A stretch of DNA of 64,000 bases, taken from assembly GCA_016218805.1 (NCBI GenBank), contig JACRCW010000025.1, positions 1,646 through 65,645 of the forward strand, given 5' to 3'. The first letter of the stretch is position 1. The number at the start of each line of letters is the position of its first letter. The DNA is from Deltaproteobacteria bacterium. Lineage in GTDB: Bacteria; Myxococcota; JACRCW01. A program made the translations under genes and the position numbers. Positions 56,523 to 64,000 of this stretch are shown piece by piece. The notes beneath the pieces are model-generated. The model was not told where the DNA came from, searched no databases, and saw only the letters and a program-made list of their open reading frames with translations.

Positions 56523-58042
56523 GGGCGCCTCCAGGTGCGGCCGGTGCGCGCCAGCAGCGCGTCCGCCTCCGCCGGCCCCCACGTCCCCGCCTCGTACGGC
56601 GGCATGTCCGGGCGGCGGTCCGCGGCCCACGTCTCATGAATGCGGCTGACGTAGCGCCAGCTCTCCAGCACCCAGTCCGCGCGCGTGAACAGCGTGGTGT
56701 CACCCAGCATGCAGTCCAGCAGCAGGCGCTCATAGGCTTCCGGGGGCTCCGCGCCAAAGCTGGACGCGTAGCGGAACTCCATGGTCACCGGCGTGACGGC
56801 CACGGACGGACCGGGGACCTTGGAACCCATGTTGAGGCTGATACCCTCGTCAGGCTGGATGCGCAGCGCCAGCACGTTGGGCACCACGTGCGCGGCGCCA
56901 AACAGCGCCAGCGGCGCCTGCTTGAAATGGATGGCCACCTCCGTGACGCGCTTGGGCATGCGCTTGGCGCTGCGCAGGAAGAACGGCACGCCGGCCCAGC
57001 GCCAGTTGTCAATGGCCATCTCCAGCGCCACGTACGTCTCCGTGGACGACGCGGGGTTCACGCCCGGTTCCTCGCGGTAGCCGGGGACCTGGCGCGCCAG
57101 CACGCTGCCGGCGCCGTACTGGCCCCGCACCACGTGGCGCCGCACGTCCTCCGCGCTCAGCGGCCGCAGCGCCCGCAGCACCTTGGTCTTCTCATCCCGC
57201 ACGCTGGCCGCATCAAAGCCCACCGGCGGCTCCATGGCCGCCATGCACAGCACCTGCAGCAGGTGGTTCTGCACCATGTCCCGCAGGATGCCGGCTTCCT
57301 CAAAGTAGCCGCCGCGGCCCTCCACACCAATGGCCTCCGCGCCGGTGATTTGCACGTGGTCCACGTATTTGCCGTTCATGAGCGGTTCAAAGATGGCGTT
57401 GGCAAACCGGAAGACCAACATGTTCTGCACGGTCTCTTTTCCCAGGTAATGATCGATCCGGTAGATTTGTTCCTCGTCCAGCACGGCGTGCAGTTCCGCG
57501 TTGAGGCGCTCCGCCGAGCGGTAGTCCACGCCAAACGGTTTCTCCACAATGACCCGCGCGTAGCCCTGCCCGTCCCGGGGCACCAGGCCGGCGGCGCCCA
57601 GCGCCCGCACAATGGGACCAAACGACGAGGGCGGCGTGGACAGGTAGAAGATGCGGTTGGGCGGCATGCCGCTCTCCCGTTCAATCTGCTCCAGGCGCGC
57701 CTTCAGCGTCCGGTAGTCCTCCACGTTGTCAAATGACCCCTGGTGGTAGTGCACGCGTGACGCAAAGCTCTTCCACAGGTCCGCGTGCACCGGGCGCCGC
57801 CGGGCGTGTTCGTTGACGCCCTCCAGCATCTGCTCCCGGAACGCGTCATCCGCCACCGGACGCCGCGCGAACCCGACGATGGCCACGCGCGTGAGCATGC
57901 GGTCCCGCGCCAGGCTGTAGAGCGCGGGCAGCAGCTTGCGCTTGGTGAGGTCCCCGGAGGCACCAAAGATGACCACGGTGCACTCGTCGGGGATGCGGTC
58001 CTGGGCAAGTCCTTCCCTCAAGGGATTGGCGGCAACATCCAT
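56519..58042 (-). CDS. zwf: glucose-6-phosphate 1-dehydrogenase
   Basis: Start MDVAANPL at 58042; VIFGASGDL NADP motif, RIDHYLGKE active-site motif. Confidence 0.9.
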   Translation of the reverse strand: MDVAANPLREGLAQDRIPDECTVVIFGASGDLTKRKLLPALYSLARDRMLTRVAIVGFARRPVADDAFREQMLEGVNEHARRRPVHADLWKSFASRVHYHQGSFDNVEDYRTLKARLEQIERESGMPPNRIFYLSTPPSSFGPIVRALGAAGLVPRDGQGYARVIVEKPFGVDYRSAERLNAELHAVLDEEQIYRIDHYLGKETVQNMLVFRFANAIFEPLMNGKYVDHVQITGAEAIGVEGRGGYFEEAGILRDMVQNHLLQVLCMAAMEPPVGFDAASVRDEKTKVLRALRPLSAEDVRRHVVRGQYGAGSVLARQVPGYREEPGVNPASSTETYVALEMAIDNWRWAGVPFFLRSAKRMPKRVTEVAIHFKQAPLALFGAAHVVPNVLALRIQPDEGISLNMGSKVPGPSVAVTPVTMEFRYASSFGAEPPEAYERLLLDCMLGDTTLFTRADWVLESWRYVSRIHETWAADRRPDMPPYEAGTWGPAEADALLARTGRTWRRP

Positions 58043-58104
58043 GTTGGTGACCCCTGGGCGGCCCCGGGCCGCGCGCGTGGCGCCGGACCCTATCACCACG
58101 TCCC

Positions 58105-58398
58105 GGACGGGATGGAACGGTTGACGTTCGCTCCGCGAACGGGGGGACTCCGGCGTGGCTGGCCGAACCCACCGATGTGTTCCTCGGGCAACTGTCCGTG
58201 GTCCCGTTCGACGGCGACGTGGCGCATGTGTACGGGTCCGTGCGCGCCACCCTGGAGAAGCGGGGCAAACCCATTGGGGAGCTGGACATGCTCATCGCCG
58301 CCACCGCCCTGCACCGGAGGTCCGTGCTGGTGACCAACAACCTGCGCGAGTTCCAGCGCGTACCGCGATTGGAGTGCGAGAGCTGGGCAAGCGCGTGA
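58105..58398 (+). pseudogene. vapC: truncated vapC (PIN-domain toxin) remnant: C-terminal half only
   Basis: In-frame translation ...DVFLGQLSVVPFDGDVAHVYGSVRATLEKRGKPIGELDMLIAATALHRRSVLVTNNLREFQRVPRLECESW matches VapC C-terminal half (DxLIAATA..LVTxNxxxF..I.GL motif); N-terminal half with MILLDTNV-type motif absent; no vapB upstream (zwf start abuts). Confidence 0.55.
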
Positions 58399-58416
58399 AC
58401 ACCGCAACGCCGCGGT

Positions 58417-59325
58417 TCACTCCACGAACGCGCTGCCGCGGATGCGCTTGGCGCGCTTCTTCTTCTCAATGAGCGCCTCGCCCGCGGCGGACGCGGTGGC
58501 AAAGTTTTCCCGCGCGGAACTGACCGCGGCGATGGACAGTGACAGCAGCGGGAACTGCGCCTGCCGGCCGCGCCGGTCCCGCGCCATGTAGTAGCCCTGC
58601 TTGAGTTCGTCCGGCGTGTGGAAGCGCGCGCGCTTCTGGTCAAACTCCTCCAGGATGCGCGTGCAGATGCGGCGGTAGCGGCTCTCCGGCAGCACCAGCA
58701 CAAAGTCGTCCCCGCCCAGGTGCCCGACGAATTCGCTGCCATCCCCCTCCAGCGTGCCAATGCCGGCGAGGATGCGGGACGTCAGCGCAATGACCTCGTT
58801 GGCGCGCTCAAACCCGTGGCTGTCCGCGTAGCTCTTGAAGTTGTCCAGATCAGCGTGGCAGACGGCCACCGGCTGGCCGTCCTTGAGGCGCTTCTGGATG
58901 GCCGCCTCAATGGCGTCCCCGCCCGGCAGGTTGGAGGTGGGGTTGCGTTCCAGGTTGCGGCGCGCCAGGCGGACCAGCGCGCCACACTTGGCAACAAGCT
59001 CGTCCAGTTCGAAGGGCTTGGTGAGGTAGTCGTCGACGCCGCTTTCGTAGGCCAGCAGCTTCTCGTGCGAATCACTGACGGCCGTGAGCATCAGCACCGG
59101 GATCTGCGCCAGGAACGGGTTGCTGCGGATCTTCTGAAGCAGCGCCAGCCCATCCATGCCCGGCATCTGGCGGTCCATGATGATGAGGTCCGGCGTCTCC
59201 TGCTGCAGCTGCTGCAGCGCCGCCTCACCGTCGTGGGTGACGTCGCAGGTGAACCCGCGCGACACCAGCGCGCGGTTCACCAGTTCGCCCATGTGGGGCT
59301 CGTCGTCGACCACCAGTGCCCGCAT
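58417..59325 (-). CDS. response regulator: receiver domain plus GGDEF-like domain with GGDDF motif
   Basis: Start MRALVVDDE at 59325; receiver LIIMDRQMPGMDG with phospho-Asp; C-terminal diguanylate-cyclase-like fold with HLGGDDFVLVL. Confidence 0.75.
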   Translation of the reverse strand: MRALVVDDEPHMGELVNRALVSRGFTCDVTHDGEAALQQLQQETPDLIIMDRQMPGMDGLALLQKIRSNPFLAQIPVLMLTAVSDSHEKLLAYESGVDDYLTKPFELDELVAKCGALVRLARRNLERNPTSNLPGGDAIEAAIQKRLKDGQPVAVCHADLDNFKSYADSHGFERANEVIALTSRILAGIGTLEGDGSEFVGHLGGDDFVLVLPESRYRRICTRILEEFDQKRARFHTPDELKQGYYMARDRRGRQAQFPLLSLSIAAVSSARENFATASAAGEALIEKKKRAKRIRGSAFVE

Positions 59326-59512
59326 CCGCCGCCCGTGACCCTCGCCTGCCGTCGCCGCCACCATACGCGAGCGCGCAGTGAACCGGCCAATCTTCCGCCC
59401 TGCAACTCCCCGGATCTGCGGGCCACTTGACCCGCTCCCACCTTCCCCCACGCGGGTTGACCGGCGGGCGGGCGCGCGCGATGGGGGGCGCCCCCGCACC
59501 GGTTCCACCCCC

Positions 59513-60088
59513 ATGGCCGCCCGCTCTCACCCGCGTTCTTCCGTCGCCACGTGGCGCGGCGCTGCCGCGGCGGGTGCGCTGCTGGCCTGGGCGTGCACGC
59601 CGCCGCCCGTGGACTTTTCGCGGCCGGTGGCGTGTTCCAACGTCCCGGCAGAGGAGGTTCCCAGTGAGGGCTGGGCCCACGTGGACGAGGGCACGCCCCT
59701 GGAATACGCGCACAACCCGCCGGCATCCGGGCCGCACTACCCGTCCTGGGGGCGTTACGGCGTGCACGCCACCGTCCTGGAGCGCCCCTACTGGGTGCAC
59801 AACGTGGAGCACGGTGCGGTGGTGCTGCTGTACCGCCCGGACGCCCCGGCGGACGCGGTGGATGAGCTGCGTGCCGCCTACGACGACATCCCGCTGGACC
59901 CCACCTGCCTGCACCGCCGCACCGTGCTCACCGCGGACCCGCTGCTGGACGTCCCCGTTGCCGCCGTGACCGCACTGCGCGTGAAGAAGGGGGACCGCCT
60001 GGCCCGGGCGGAGGTGGTGACCTTTGCGCGGGCGTGCCGCGGGCACGCGCCGGAGGACGTGTGTACGGACGGGTCCCAGGGAGACTGA
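59513..60088 (+). CDS. DUF3105-like secreted lipoprotein
   Basis: Start MAARSHPRSSVATWRGAAAAGALLAWAC; conserved GPHYPSWGRYGV..WVHNVEHGAVVLLY pattern. Confidence 0.6.
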   Translation: MAARSHPRSSVATWRGAAAAGALLAWACTPPPVDFSRPVACSNVPAEEVPSEGWAHVDEGTPLEYAHNPPASGPHYPSWGRYGVHATVLERPYWVHNVEHGAVVLLYRPDAPADAVDELRAAYDDIPLDPTCLHRRTVLTADPLLDVPVAAVTALRVKKGDRLARAEVVTFARACRGHAPEDVCTDGSQGD

Positions 60089-60094
60089 ACGTGC

Positions 60095-60844
60095 TCACTC
60101 CCGCCGGGACAGCGTGACGTCGTACCCCAACCAGCCCAGCAGGCGTTCCAGGGCGCGCTGCAGCAGCGGCGGCCGCGTGGCCGCGACCCGCACCGCGCGG
60201 GAATCCACCACCAGGCGCACTTCCCTGGCGTGCAGCCGGACCACGCGCTCTTCCAGCCAGCTGCCCCACCACTGTTCCTTCACCATCTGCAGGCCCCAGC
60301 CCCCCTTGAGCGCCGCGCGCAGCGCCTCCACCAGCGCCGCAGACAGGCCGCCCTTGTGCACCAGCTGGCCAAGCTGCTCCACGTCACCCGCCAGGATCCA
60401 CGCACGCGCCACGTCATCATGCGCGCGCTGGCAGGACCACCCCGGCTGCGCCAGCAGCGCCGCGCACACCGGTGCCCGGCCGGCCACCCACGCGGTCTCA
60501 AACAGCGCTTCGCCGCGTTCACGCAGCAGCTCCGCATCCGCCCGCACCACGTCCAGCGCCACCTCCAGGTGCCGCAGCTGCATGGATGCGTCAAACACGG
60601 AGCGACGACGGGCCGCGCTCTCCGGACCCGGGGGGAGCCCGTCGAGTTCGCGGCGGAGCAGCAGCACGGTGTCCGCCGGCGGTGCAACCGCGGGGGCGGG
60701 CGCCGCGGTGCTCACACTGTCGGACTCGGCCAGCGCAATGGTGCGCGGCCCGGGCGGGTCAAAGGGCGTGTCCGCCGGCGGCGCCGCCGTGGTGTCCCCC
60801 GCGGTCGCTTCGGCAGCGGGCGCTTTCTCCTCGGTGTCCGGCAT
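60095..60844 (-). CDS. hypothetical protein (Ala/Pro-rich N-terminus)
   Basis: 249 aa ORF with protein-like C-terminal two-thirds; no recognised motif. Confidence 0.4.
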   Translation of the reverse strand: MPDTEEKAPAAEATAGDTTAAPPADTPFDPPGPRTIALAESDSVSTAAPAPAVAPPADTVLLLRRELDGLPPGPESAARRRSVFDASMQLRHLEVALDVVRADAELLRERGEALFETAWVAGRAPVCAALLAQPGWSCQRAHDDVARAWILAGDVEQLGQLVHKGGLSAALVEALRAALKGGWGLQMVKEQWWGSWLEERVVRLHAREVRLVVDSRAVRVAATRPPLLQRALERLLGWLGYDVTLSRRE

Positions 60845-60944
60845 GGGGGTCTCCTGCGCCGGAGCCTACCGCCCACCCGTGCGCGGAGATACCGCGCCAC
60901 GTCGGGCATGACGGCCACGCGCGCGTTCTGGTATCAGCGCGGCC

Positions 60945-62123
60945 ATGCGGCGGCGGGCGTGGACGGTGGTGCTGGTGGTGACGGCGTGCGCGCGGCCGGT
61001 GATGCGGCCCGTGGAGGTCGTGGAGCCGTCGCTGCCGCGCGTGTCTGAGGCGGAGGTGGCCCGCACCATCCCGCGCACCGTCAAGGACCGCGACGGTTGG
61101 GCGGCGGACATCGTGGAGGCGCTGGACGCATTGGAGCTGGGGCGGTCGCCCACGTCGGTGTGTTCGGTGGTCGCGGTGATTGAGCAGGAGAGCGGGTTCA
61201 ATCCCAACCCGGTGGTTCCGGGCCTGGCGCGGATCGTCCAGGAGCGGCTGGACCGCTATTCCGCCAAGCTGGGGCTGCTGGGGCGGCCGGCGCTGCACGC
61301 GCTGCTGCAGGGACACGGCCCGTCCAGCAAGGAGACGTTTGAGCAGCGGCTGGAGCACGTGAAGACGGAGAAGGACCTGGATGTCATCTTCCGTGAACTG
61401 CTGGACTACTATGACCGCAAGTACCCCACCACCATGATGCTGCTGGACACGCTGGGCGGCGCGTTCACCGCGAGCCACCTGGAGGACCTCAACCCGGTGA
61501 CCACCGCGGGTTCCATGCAGGTGTCCGTGCGGTACGCCACGCAGCAGGGCGAGGCTTCCGGCCTGACGGGCTCCATGGTGCGGGACCGCCTGTACACGCG
61601 CCGCGGCGGCGTGCACTACGGCACCGCGCGCCTGCTCGGGTACGACGCTGCTTATGCCGACCCGCTGTACCGGTTTGCGGACTACAACGCGGGGCTGTAC
61701 GCGTCCCGCAACGCGGCGCTGCAGGCGCAACTGGCCGAGTTGACCGGCTTCAAGCTCACCGCTGACGGAGACCTGCTGGCGTACAACCGCGTGGGCCGCC
61801 CCACGGATGCGCTGACCAACACGGTGCGCGCGCTGATGGCGTGGCGCACGCGGTACGCGCGCAGCCTGTCTGACGCGCAGCTCCGCCGGGACGCGGCCAC
61901 AGAGAAGACGGCGGCGTTTGAAGCCACGGAAACCTGGCGCGCGCTCAAGCGCACCTACGAGCACCACGCCGGCCGCGCGCCGGCCTATGCGCGGATGCCA
62001 GACGTGACCATCACGTCCCCCAAGATGAAGCGTGACCGCTCCACCGCGTGGTACGCGCGCAACGTCAACCTCCGTTTCCAGGCGTGCCTGGGAAAGCTGC
62101 GGGCACGCGCCCCCGAAGCCTGA
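60945..62123 (+). CDS. conserved lipoprotein (resembles DUF1615 family)
   Basis: MRRRAWTVVLVVTAC lipobox; VIEQESGFNPNP and downstream conserved blocks. Confidence 0.6.
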   Translation: MRRRAWTVVLVVTACARPVMRPVEVVEPSLPRVSEAEVARTIPRTVKDRDGWAADIVEALDALELGRSPTSVCSVVAVIEQESGFNPNPVVPGLARIVQERLDRYSAKLGLLGRPALHALLQGHGPSSKETFEQRLEHVKTEKDLDVIFRELLDYYDRKYPTTMMLLDTLGGAFTASHLEDLNPVTTAGSMQVSVRYATQQGEASGLTGSMVRDRLYTRRGGVHYGTARLLGYDAAYADPLYRFADYNAGLYASRNAALQAQLAELTGFKLTADGDLLAYNRVGRPTDALTNTVRALMAWRTRYARSLSDAQLRRDAATEKTAAFEATETWRALKRTYEHHAGRAPAYARMPDVTITSPKMKRDRSTAWYARNVNLRFQACLGKLRARAPEA

Positions 62124-62143
62124 AGCACGTGCATAGGAATCCC

Positions 62144-63334
62144 ATGCGAACACTCCGCCTCCTCAGCCTGCTGTGCGTGCCCGGGGTTGCCGCGGCGGCC
62201 CCGCCGCCCAAGGCCATGCGCGCGCCGCTGCACGTCACCGGTGACGCGCGCGCGGTGCACGTCCACGCGGAGGGCAGTGGCGTGGGCGAGGTGGCGGCGC
62301 GGACCGGGGCCGTGGCGGGGCTGGCCGTGCGGGTGGACCCGGACGTCGCCACGCTGCCGGTGTGGGTGCATGCGGACGGCGTGGAACCGGAGGAATTGCT
62401 GCGCCGGGTGGCGGCCGCGCTGGGCCTGCTGGCCACGGAGGAACCTGCCACCAGTGGGCCGGTGGTGTGGCGGGTGTCCCCGGCGGCGGCGGCGGATCCG
62501 CCGCTGGACCCGGCCCGCCGGCGCCGCATTGTCGCCACCGGCGCGCCGGACGAGCTGGCGGCCCTGATGCAGAACCACATCCTGTCCTCCCGCGGGCGCG
62601 CCACGCCGTTCAGCGCCCGCAGCGCGGTGATCCTGGAGGACACGCCGGAACACGTGGACGCCGCGGAGCGGCTCGCGGGCATGCTGACCCCCAACCCCGG
62701 CACCGCGCCGCTGCTGGTGACGCCGCCACCGCGCGCGCCCGCCGGCCCCGCCCCCTGCCGGCCGGCCGCACCCCTGCCACCGTGGCGGCCGCTGGACCCG
62801 GTCAACGCCGTGCGCGGCGAGCCCGCGGGGCAGGCGCTGGTGGTGGTGGCCGCCTTGCAGGCGCGCAACGTGGTGGTGGGTTGCGGTGGTGACCGGCCCG
62901 CGTGGGCCAGCTTTGACCGCACCACGCTGCTGGAGGAGTTGGCGGACGGGCTGGGCCTGTGGAGTTCCGCGCGGGCATCCCAGCCAGCGGCGGACGCGGC
63001 CCCCGGACGCCGCCGTGAGGCGTGGCGCCAGGACGCGGCCGGTTCACCGCTGTTGCAGGTGCTGATGGACCGGCGCGAGCAGGCGGCGCTGGCGCGGTGG
63101 TCCTCTGACGAACCGCCCGCACGGGTCCTGCTGTTCCCCGTGCGCAAACCGGAGACGTACACGGGAATCACCGCGCTGACCGGCGGCGTGGTCACCGTGC
63201 TGCCCACGCTGGGATGGGTGGCGGTGGAGTGCGCGGACCCCGCGGCGGCCGAAGCGGTGCTGCGTCAGCTGTCTCCCAAGGTCTCCCCGGAGCTGCCCCC
63301 GTCCCGGGAGGTGCACCTGGGTCCCGCGCGGTAG
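62144..63334 (+). CDS. hypothetical secreted protein
   Basis: ATG at 62144, MRTLRLLSLLCVPGVAAAAPPP signal; 20 nt after upstream gene. Confidence 0.5.
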   Translation: MRTLRLLSLLCVPGVAAAAPPPKAMRAPLHVTGDARAVHVHAEGSGVGEVAARTGAVAGLAVRVDPDVATLPVWVHADGVEPEELLRRVAAALGLLATEEPATSGPVVWRVSPAAAADPPLDPARRRRIVATGAPDELAALMQNHILSSRGRATPFSARSAVILEDTPEHVDAAERLAGMLTPNPGTAPLLVTPPPRAPAGPAPCRPAAPLPPWRPLDPVNAVRGEPAGQALVVVAALQARNVVVGCGGDRPAWASFDRTTLLEELADGLGLWSSARASQPAADAAPGRRREAWRQDAAGSPLLQVLMDRREQAALARWSSDEPPARVLLFPVRKPETYTGITALTGGVVTVLPTLGWVAVECADPAAAEAVLRQLSPKVSPELPPSREVHLGPAR

Positions 63335-63338
63335 GCGG

Positions 63339-63932
63339 TCACTTCACGGCCAGCACCTGCACCACCGCGGACATCCCGTTGTGCAGCCGGCCTTCATGGA
63401 TCTCGCGCACCTTCTCCTCGGCCTGGAGAAAGCGCAGCGGGGCCAGCTCCGTGCGCAGCGCGGCCAGCGTGGGCAGCATGTCCGCGTTGGGCGGACCGCC
63501 GGTGCGGTAGGTGAGCTGCTCGGGCGTGTACGCCTCCATCACAAACATCCCGCCGGGCCGCAGCGCCTCCACAATGCGGCGGTTGACCTCCCGGCGCAGC
63601 GCGGACGGCAGGTGGCACCAGATGGCAACCATGACGTCCCACTGCGCATTCCCCAGTTCAAACGTGGCCAGGTCCCCCTGCACGGTGGACAGCCGCGTGC
63701 CCCGCCGGGCCGCAAGCTCGCGCGCCTTGCCCAGGCCCACCTCGGACAGGTCCATGGCGGTGACCTCCCAGCCGCGCCCCGCCAGGAACACCGCGTTGCG
63801 GCCCTCGCCTTCCGCAAGGAACAGCGCGCGGCCCGGCGGCAGCTGCCCCACCACCTCGGCCAGGAAGTCATTGGGCGCCTCACCGTAGGCAAACCCGTCC
63901 TGCGCATACTGCAAATCCCAGTGTTCCTTCAT
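63339..63932 (-). CDS. class I SAM-dependent methyltransferase (TehB/TPMT-like)
   Basis: Start MKEHWDLQY at 63932; motif I LFLAEGEGRNAVFLAGRG; 197 aa. Confidence 0.75.
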   Translation of the reverse strand: MKEHWDLQYAQDGFAYGEAPNDFLAEVVGQLPPGRALFLAEGEGRNAVFLAGRGWEVTAMDLSEVGLGKARELAARRGTRLSTVQGDLATFELGNAQWDVMVAIWCHLPSALRREVNRRIVEALRPGGMFVMEAYTPEQLTYRTGGPPNADMLPTLAALRTELAPLRFLQAEEKVREIHEGRLHNGMSAVVQVLAVK

Positions 63933-64000
63933 GCCGGCCTCTCCTTCACGCAACCACGACGGCGTCGTGGCCCTCCCGCAGTCCCTGTTCTGCCAGCTCG

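Noticed and set aside
58177-58398. 73-aa ORF as an intact small protein
   Set aside because: It is the C-terminal part of a PIN/VapC fold whose frame is open upstream; too short to be a functional PIN domain. Called as pseudogene fragment instead.
1-64000. CRISPR arrays, rRNA genes, IS/transposase or integrase genes
   Set aside because: No regularly spaced direct repeats, no rRNA-like conserved segments and no DDE/tyrosine-recombinase-like ORFs were seen. The only mobile-DNA hints are the lower-GC island at 41.2-42.4 kb and the vapC remnant.

Overview
High-GC (~70%) bacterial chromosome segment with a Myxococcota-like gene repertoire: Ser/Thr kinases, PEGA/TPR/FHA domain proteins, an AglZ/FrzS-like pseudo-receiver coiled-coil protein, and a type IV pilin locus. 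About 57 protein-coding genes tile the window almost completely, plus one tRNA-Leu(CAG). No rRNA, CRISPR array or recognisable transposase/integrase was seen. Housekeeping genes: hemF, hemW, lpxK, ctp, mutS2, tsaC/sua5, uvrC, greA, fabD-fabG, a fused E1 alpha/beta TPP dehydrogenase and zwf-opcA-pgl. The most notable accessory content is (i) an orphan pilin locus, pilD <> pilA-pilG/H/I-like ABC transporter plus an O-antigen-ligase-family gene (candidate pilin glycosylation module), away from any pilB/T/C/MNOPQ; (ii) a signalling cluster of C2-domain lipoprotein, TPR-cNMP protein, AglZ/FrzS-like protein and tandem-FHA protein; (iii) a Ser/Thr-kinase-PEGA, TPR-PEGA and FGE-family cluster interrupted by a ~1 kb lower-GC island encoding an atypical-codon lipoprotein; (iv) a truncated vapC toxin remnant; (v) an ABC-2-permease::CPBP-protease fusion. 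Many long ORFs in the six-frame track are antisense artefacts of high GC and were rejected. Coordinates follow the supplied ORF track, with internal starts placed by residue counting; by-eye position counts from the printed sequence disagreed with the track by 1-2 nt at a few sites, so treat ends as +/-3 nt.
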